Shown: positions 59,141-64,000 of the stretch, piece by piece
Numbering within the stretch: the stretch's first letter is position 1
Layout of the letters: each line of letters starts with the position of its first letter
IMG/VR virus record: IMGVR_UViG_3300042923_000275
Span: 4,059 to 68,058 of that record
DNA from: a virus
Reading direction: 5' to 3' (one strand)
DNA length: 64,000 bases
The notes under the pieces: model-generated
What the model saw: the letters and a program-made list of their open reading frames with translations, nothing else
What the model was told of the DNA's origin: nothing
Database searches by the model: none
Translations under genes and position numbers: made by a program

Positions 59141-59632
59141 CTATGCTCTGATCAGTTCGAGCCGTGTGCGTGATATCAGCTCTAATACCTGCATAAGTGG
59201 ATAGTCCTCATCTACATTCCCGGTCTTACGACCCTCGATATTCCTGGCTAAGCCGTCTAATTGGAGTACGGAATCAATGCCGACGCCGAGGTCTATGTCC
59301 TGGGATGTTACGGTGCTTATTAGCCATTGTAGAGCTGCAATAATACGTGGTGTGTTTCCCTCGTCGTCGATTATATCTCCTATGTCATAATCCCTGTAGT
59401 CCGAGACCATTTCATTTAGCCAGTCTTGCAGTACAGTGACGGAATTCTCATATTCCCAATACGCATCCGGCTTGGTTATGATGTTTAGAGCATCGCATAG
59501 TGCCTCCTGCCTAGATATCAATCCCTCTAATTCGTATCCATCTTCCGATGCCTCTTTACCCATCTCCTCTATATCTCGGTCAACATCCTCTTGTAACCCA
59601 CGTAATTCCCTTAAGTAGTCTAATGTGTTCAT
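59141..59632 (-). CDS. acidic hypothetical protein
   Basis: AGGAGGT SD; D/E-rich. Confidence 0.7.
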   Translation of the reverse strand: MNTLDYLRELRGLQEDVDRDIEEMGKEASEDGYELEGLISRQEALCDALNIITKPDAYWEYENSVTVLQDWLNEMVSDYRDYDIGDIIDDEGNTPRIIAALQWLISTVTSQDIDLGVGIDSVLQLDGLARNIEGRKTGNVDEDYPLMQVLELISRTRLELIRA

Positions 59633-59661
59633 TTCATTACCTCCTATTTCCCTGCGGCTTC

Positions 59662-59717
59662 AGGCTCGTCAGTGCGGACACTATCCGCAGACCGGACCTT
59701 GTGATCCGGTTTCGCCT
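59662..59717 (-). ncRNA. type II hammerhead ribozyme
   Basis: AGGC-GAAA-CCGGA..TCCGG-TC-TGCGGA..TCCGCA-CTGACGA-GCCT. Confidence 0.92.
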
Positions 59718-60076
59718 TACTTGATTGGCGGTACGTACCGCTCATTGCGGTGACCACAATCTGGGCACATCAGCTGTGCGAACACTCCCTTCTCTACGCC
59801 TACCACCTGATATCTTACTATACCACACATCGTGCAGTTTGGCGGTTGATACCTCTCCAGTATTACCTCATCTATGTTGTATTTCGAGTATGTCACTACC
59901 AAGATATCGCCATTCGGCATCTCGGCTCTGTGATCGTCGACCCATTTTCCTTTGTTGTCCATAACGTACCGCTTCGCCACGGCTATCACGGCCTCGCGCA
60001 CGTCGTTCAAGCTGATTGTTTCCCCACGCCTAGAGCATGTACGGTGGAGGATTGCACGCCATCTCGAAGCTGTCAT
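59717..60076 (-). CDS. hypothetical protein with C-terminal zinc ribbon
   Basis: CTMC...CPDC; GGAGGG SD. Confidence 0.65.
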   Translation of the reverse strand: MTASRWRAILHRTCSRRGETISLNDVREAVIAVAKRYVMDNKGKWVDDHRAEMPNGDILVVTYSKYNIDEVILERYQPPNCTMCGIVRYQVVGVEKGVFAQLMCPDCGHRNERYVPPIK

Positions 60077-60157
60077 AGTATTTTCCCTCCGATATATTTG
60101 ATAACTAGCCTAACCGATCTCCAAGCCAATCTAGCCGCTAGGTTCTGTCTGAGCATG

Positions 60158-60664
60158 TTACCTATCCTCCTCCACAATCTGAGATGCCGCCTTAAAGCTA
60201 TGTTCCATGGCTATGTAGGAATGGTGGATTACTGCATCTGTATGCTTTAACTTCTCTGTGATTAAGCTAGCCACCAGAGCGGCGGCGATGTGTGCGGATA
60301 CGGCGTGACGATGTGCAGTTGCCGCATCAAGGTGAGCCTCAGCCACTAGATAGGCCCCAGCTACCAAATCGCTGTTAGCCTTAGCCGCATCGCTGGCATT
60401 CCAGGCATGTCTGTTGGCCTCGAAGTAGTTGTTTTCCTCTGCGGCCTTAACTGCATCTGCTTGATCGCGTTCAGCTTGCTCGAATGGATGCTCGGTATTC
60501 CTGTCCCGTCTCATTTCCCTCCTGTATCTGAGACCATTGGAGTCTCGATCACCATGTTTCCCCTGGCACGTGGTGAAGGCCATATTGGTGGTGTTACCTC
60601 GCCACCCATGGAGGCCGGACCGAGATAGTCCTGCACCCATGGCTGGCGAGGTGGATTGCTCCAC
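60158..60664 (-). CDS. Ala/His-rich helical protein related to the U-free genes
   Basis: TEHPF and DAATAH..A..AH.AAA motifs; start uncertain. Confidence 0.6.
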   Translation of the reverse strand: MEQSTSPAMGAGLSRSGLHGWRGNTTNMAFTTCQGKHGDRDSNGLRYRREMRRDRNTEHPFEQAERDQADAVKAAEENNYFEANRHAWNASDAAKANSDLVAGAYLVAEAHLDAATAHRHAVSAHIAAALVASLITEKLKHTDAVIHHSYIAMEHSFKAASQIVEEDR

Positions 60665-60678
60665 CTCACCTGATTCGC

Positions 60679-61227
60679 TTATTCCTTTGAGGCTTGGTCG
60701 GCTTTGAACTTGGCTAGCAACTCGGCGGCGAGAGCGGCATCTGCTTCCTTGGCTAGGCGTATCTCGGCGCGTTTGTCTTTCCTCTTCTCAGCGCGCTTGG
60801 CATTGCGGATCTTCTTCTGACACTCCTCGCATCTGGTGACCTGGAAGGAGTCTTGGATTTTGACCGTTCTGGTGGTTCCGCAATCCTGGCAGGTAATCTC
60901 GGTGGTTTCTCCAACCAGCTTGCGTCCGTTCGGTAGGATTGTCACCTTGGTCTCTACGGTTGGCTTGGTGAGCTTGCGATGTAGTTTGGCGATTGCGGCT
61001 AGATGGGCGATCACGGCATCTGCGTCAAGTACCGGGGCGTCGAGGACGACTGTCATGCTCTCGATTGTCTCTTTGATCTCAGTGATTTGCTCTGCCGTCA
61101 GCGTGTTGGTGTCTACCTCGGTGGTCTCGATGGTTTGGGTCTCGGATTGGTTGTTTTCCTCGGCGATCTTGACGGCTTGGTCGATTTCGGTGGTGGTGAC
61201 TTGGTTGTTCTCGTTGTGCTTTTTCAT
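60679..61227 (-). CDS. zinc-ribbon/coiled-coil hypothetical protein
   Basis: AAAGGAG SD; C.DCG..R..K.QD.FQVTRC..CQ. Confidence 0.75.
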   Translation of the reverse strand: MKKHNENNQVTTTEIDQAVKIAEENNQSETQTIETTEVDTNTLTAEQITEIKETIESMTVVLDAPVLDADAVIAHLAAIAKLHRKLTKPTVETKVTILPNGRKLVGETTEITCQDCGTTRTVKIQDSFQVTRCEECQKKIRNAKRAEKRKDKRAEIRLAKEADAALAAELLAKFKADQASKE

Positions 61228-61471
61228 AGGTGTCTCCTTTCGTCACGCCCGCAATCTTAGTAGATGGCTGGCGTGTTGCACCGATTGTACGGCTGGTGCG
61301 CGCTCTATTCGGTCACGGCGTCTTCGTCGTGCCGCAGGGGCGTCGAACTCGGTTTCCCTTCGTTCGGTGCTCCTGCCGCGCGGCGATGGTTTCCCCGCCG
61401 GGTCTCGTTGGGTCGGTTTCCCTTTAGGTCTCGGTGGGTCCGTTTCCCCTCTCGTCCGTCGCGGGTTCGCT

Positions 61472-61565
61472 TTGGTCCGTTAGCTCTTTAGTCCTTTAGT
61501 AGACGAAAGCCTTTGGTCCTTTTGAGTGTTAGTCCTTTAGTCGCATGAAGGGTTTAGTCCTTTAG
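61472..61565. repeat. 12-bp direct repeats (TTAGTCCTTTAG) with a 41-bp period
   Basis: Exact copies at 61488, 61529 and 61554; variants at 61472 and 61513. Confidence 0.8.
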
Positions 61566-61634
61566 CGAGTGAAAGGGCAGGTTCCCGGTCTGCTGTTGTC
61601 TGCTCGGCCCTGTTGGGCTTGGCGTGGTGCTGTT

Positions 61635-61691
61635 GGCCCTGTCGGGTCGCGCGGGCGTCGGGCCTGTCTCCCGGCGTCCGCGCCGCCCGGC
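61635..61691. repeat. GC hairpin repeat, copy 1
   Basis: Arms identical to 62813..62867; loop differs. Confidence 0.85.
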
Positions 61692-61725
61692 TGGGTGGCG
61701 GCGGGGTGGGTCTTCTCGCGTCCCG

Positions 61726-62736
61726 CTACTCGGTGGCGCGTCGGGCGTGGTCTGCGGCTTGGCGGGCGTGGTCGGCTGTCCTCCTTCCTCTCTCCTCGGC
61801 GTCGTGCCCGTCGTCGGTGGTCTCGCGTGCGTGGGCCTGTGCTCTGGCGGCCTCGGCGTGGGCGCGTGCGGCGTGGATGTGTGCTCGGCGTGTCTTGGCC
61901 TCCTCGGCGGCCTCGCTGGCCCTCTCTGCCGCCGCGCTGGCTTGGTCGGCGGCCTCGCTGGTGGCCTCGCCTCCGTCCCTGCCGCCCGCCTCCTGCTCGG
62001 CTTGGGCCTCGGTGGCGGCCCGGTTGGCGGCGTGGTGTGCGGCGGTGGCGGCCTCCTCGGCTGTGTCCTCGCTCTCGTCCCGCTCGGCGTCGTCGGTCCG
62101 CTCGGCGTCGGCTCGTCCTGCGGCGGTCTCGTGCGCGTGGGCGGCCCGTCTGCTGGCCTCGGCGGCCTCGTCCCGTGTCGCGTCGCTGGCGGCCTGTGCG
62201 GCCCTGCGTGCTCGGCGGTCCGGGTTGGCCTCGTCGGCGTTGTCGCTGGCGGCCTGTGCGGCTCCGGTGGCGGCCTCCTCGGCTGTCCGGGCGGCGTCCC
62301 GTGCGGCGTCTGCCTCGGTGGTCGCCTCCTCGGCCTCGTCGGCGGCCTCCTCGGCCCGGCGGGTGGCGTGGCTGGCGGCCTGGGCGGCCCGGTGTGCGCT
62401 GGCGGCGGCCCGGTGTGCGTGGGCCGCCCACCCGTCGCTGGCGGCGGCCTCGGCCTCGCTGGCGGCCTCGTGGGCCTCGGCGGCGGCCTCGTGGGCGCGG
62501 TTGGCGGCCCTGTGGGCGCTGGCTGTGTCCGGGTGCTCGGCGTCGCCGTGTGCGCGTGCGGCCTCGGCGTGTCGGGTGGCGGCGGTGCGGTGTGCCGTGG
62601 CGGCCTCCTCGTGTGCTCCTCGGCTGGTGTCGGCGGCCTCGTGGGCCTCGCGTGCGGCCTCGCTGGCCTGTCTCGCCGCCTCGGTGGCGGCTGTGGCCCC
62701 GTGGCTGGCTCTCTCGGCTGTCTGTGCGTGTGTCGT
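61726..62736 (-). CDS. nearly U-free Ala/Glu/Arg/His-rich protein (336 aa, putative ACG start; not in track)
   Basis: GAGAGGAG SD, 9 nt, then ACG ACA; GCC/GAG-periodic frame; only T-containing codons are TGG, ATC and the TAG stop. Confidence 0.7.
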   Translation of the reverse strand, partial: TTHAQTAERASHGATAATEAARQASEAAREAHEAADTSRGAHEEAATAHRTAATRHAEAARAHGDAEHPDTASAHRAANRAHEAAAEAHEAASEAEAAASDGWAAHAHRAAASAHRAAQAASHATRRAEEAADEAEEATTEADAARDAARTAEEAATGAAQAASDNADEANPDRRARRAAQAASDATRDEAAEASRRAAHAHETAAGRADAERTDDAERDESEDTAEEAATAAHHAANRAATEAQAEQEAGGRDGGEATSEAADQASAAAERASEAAEEAKTRRAHIHAARAHAEAARAQAHARETTDDGHDAEERGRRTADHARQAADHARRATE

Positions 62737-62812
62737 GGCGTCCCTCTCCTCTCGCGCCGTCCGGTGTCCCCGGCTCGGCGGCGCGCCTTGGCTGTGGCGG
62801 CGCGCTGGCCCC

Positions 62813-62867
62813 GGCCCTGTCGGGTCGCGCGGGCGTCGGGGTGGTCCCGGCGTCCGCGCCGCCCGGC
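62813..62867. repeat. GC hairpin repeat, copy 2
   Basis: GGCCCTGTCGGGTCGCGCGGGCGTCGGG-loop-CCCGGCGTCCGCGCCGCCCGGC. Confidence 0.85.
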
Positions 62868-62892
62868 GGCGGCTCGGTGGTGTGGCGGCCCG

Positions 62893-63609
62893 CTACCGCG
62901 CCCCGGCGCGGGCGGCGGCCCTCTGTGCGCGGGCGGCGGCGCGGTGGGCGTCGGCGGCCTCGGCGTGGGCTGTCGCGGCGTCCTCCTCGGCGGCCTCGTC
63001 TGCGGCCTCGCTGGTGGCCTGTGCGGCGCGGCTGGCGTCCTGCGCGGTCCGCCCTGCCTCCTCGGCGGCCTCGGCGGCCCGCTCGGCGGCGGCCTGTGCG
63101 GCGTCCTCCCTGCCCTCGGCGCGGGCGCGGGCGGCGTCGCTGGCGGCGGCCTCGGCTCTGTCTGCGGCGTCCTCGGCGGCGCGGCGGGCGGTCTGTGCGG
63201 CGTCGAACGGGTGTTCGGTGGCGCGGGCGGCTCGCTCGGCCTCCTCGGCGGCGCGGGTGGCCTGGGTCTCGGCGGCCTCGGCGTGTCCTGCGGCGGCCTC
63301 GGCGTCCTCCGCGCTGGTCGCTCTGGCGGCCTCGGCGGCGGTCTCTCTGGCGGCGGCGGCGGCCTGTGCGGCCCTCTGTGCGCGGGCGGCCCCTGCGCTG
63401 GTGGGTGCGGCCTCGGCGGCTTGGGCCGCGCGCTGGCTGGCGGCCTCTGCCCTGTCTGCGGCCTCGGCGGCGTCCTTCGCGGCTCCGGTCCTGCGGGCAT
63501 CCTCGGCTGGCTGGCTGGCCTCGCGGGCCGCCCGGTCGGCTGTGGCGCGGGCCTCTCTGGCCTCGGCTCTGCGCTGGGCGGCGGTGGGGCGGCTGTCGGT
63601 CTGTGTCAC
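62893..63609 (-). CDS. nearly U-free Ala/Glu/Arg-rich protein (238 aa, GTG start)
   Basis: GAGAGGAG SD, 9 nt, then GTG ACA; T only in GTG, one GAT, TTC (HPF) and TAG. Confidence 0.75.
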   Translation of the reverse strand: MTQTDSRPTAAQRRAEAREARATADRAAREASQPAEDARRTGAAKDAAEAADRAEAASQRAAQAAEAAPTSAGAARAQRAAQAAAAARETAAEAARATSAEDAEAAAGHAEAAETQATRAAEEAERAARATEHPFDAAQTARRAAEDAADRAEAAASDAARARAEGREDAAQAAAERAAEAAEEAGRTAQDASRAAQATSEAADEAAEEDAATAHAEAADAHRAAARAQRAAARAGAR

Positions 63610-63890
63610 GGTGGTGTGCTCCTCTCGTCGGCGTCCGCTGTCTGCGGCTCGTCGTGCCCGGCTTGCTGGCGCGCCGGGCGGCGCGTGGGCTGTGTGCGTG
63701 TCCGGTGGACCTCCTGTGGCGGCCCTCGTGGCTGGCCTCCCGGCGGCCTCGGCGGCTGGCCCGCGTGCGTTAGCCCGTCGGCGGCCTCTGTGGGCCTCTC
63801 CGGGCCTCCCGTGCGCTCCCGTGGCCTGTCGCCCTGCCGGGCGGGTGTCTGCCGGGCTGGCGGCCCGGCGGGGCGCGCGGCCCCACCACC

Positions 63891-63919
63891 AGCACAACAC
63901 AGCCGCGCGCCCGTGTCAA
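63891..63919 (-). promoter_or_regulatory. candidate early promoter: TTGACA-17 nt-TGTGCT
   Basis: Perfect -35 at 63919-63914; non-consensus -10 preceded by TGTG; lies just upstream of the A-free segment. Confidence 0.45.
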
Positions 63920-64000
63920 GGGCCGTGGCGGGCCGTCCTGGGCTGTGGCGGGCGGTGGGACGCAGGGGCGTTCGCCGCGCTCCACGGACCTCCGCCGCGC

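Larger units (their letters stand above)
61580..63884 (+). other. adenine-free strand segment (10 A in about 2.3 kb)
   Basis: A only at 61728, 61877, 62430, 62895, 63206, 63207, 63499, 63608, 63709 and 63772 (counted by eye). Confidence 0.95.

Noticed and set aside
56548-59717. Intergenic repeats as a CRISPR array, attC sites or terminators
   Set aside because: Copies are separated by whole genes, vary with compensatory changes and carry complete hammerhead cores. No cas or integrase genes are seen.
61554-63773. Long Pro/Arg-rich ORFs in the track (61554..63500 -, 61562..62431 -, 61569..63773 +)
   Set aside because: Every stop codon needs both T and A, so all six frames are open by default here. 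These frames lack SD support and give low-complexity Pro/Arg strings, whereas the Ala-rich frame has SDs and retained TAG stops.
61580-63884. A-free segment as random A-to-G hypermutation or contaminating high-GC DNA
   Set aside because: Random conversion would turn Leu, Phe and Ser codons into abundant Pro and erase stops, but Pro is rare and stops are kept. Motifs are shared with the adjacent normal gene. Spanning reads are still needed to exclude a chimera fully.
1-64000. Prophage or lysogeny module, canonical tRNA/rRNA genes, and the many short antisense ORFs
   Set aside because: No integrase, repressor, att site, host genes or full cloverleaf were recognised. The antisense ORFs shadow well-supported genes and lack SDs.

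Overview
The window is a 64 kb piece of a tailed dsDNA phage genome with a siphovirus-type virion module. No integrase or repressor is visible. The host is probably a spore-forming Firmicute, possibly a diderm Negativicute, judging from a SpoIIID homolog, an Xpf-like sigma factor, a lambda-like tail tip and nested lysis genes. Layout: 1-6070 accessory and nucleotide genes on the minus strand; 6358-32313 packaging, head, tail and lysis genes on the plus strand; 32334-56020 replication, recombination and nucleotide-metabolism genes on the minus strand (split DnaE, NrdD/G, primase-helicase, RecA, ligase, and a PurA-family gene with PurZ signatures); 56050-61230 small putative early genes separated by five type II hammerhead ribozymes. 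The most striking signal is 61580-63884, where the + strand has only 10 adenines in about 2.3 kb. It templates two nearly U-free mRNAs for Ala/Glu/Arg/His-rich helical proteins, one apparently starting at ACG, and most of the retained A's sit in start, stop or SD signals or single conserved residues. Together with PurZ, this suggests an undescribed 'adenine-free template' early-gene system in a phage with modified adenine. That link is inference. A 206-nt tRNA-like RNA follows purZ. All functional calls come from motif recognition by eye, with no database searches.
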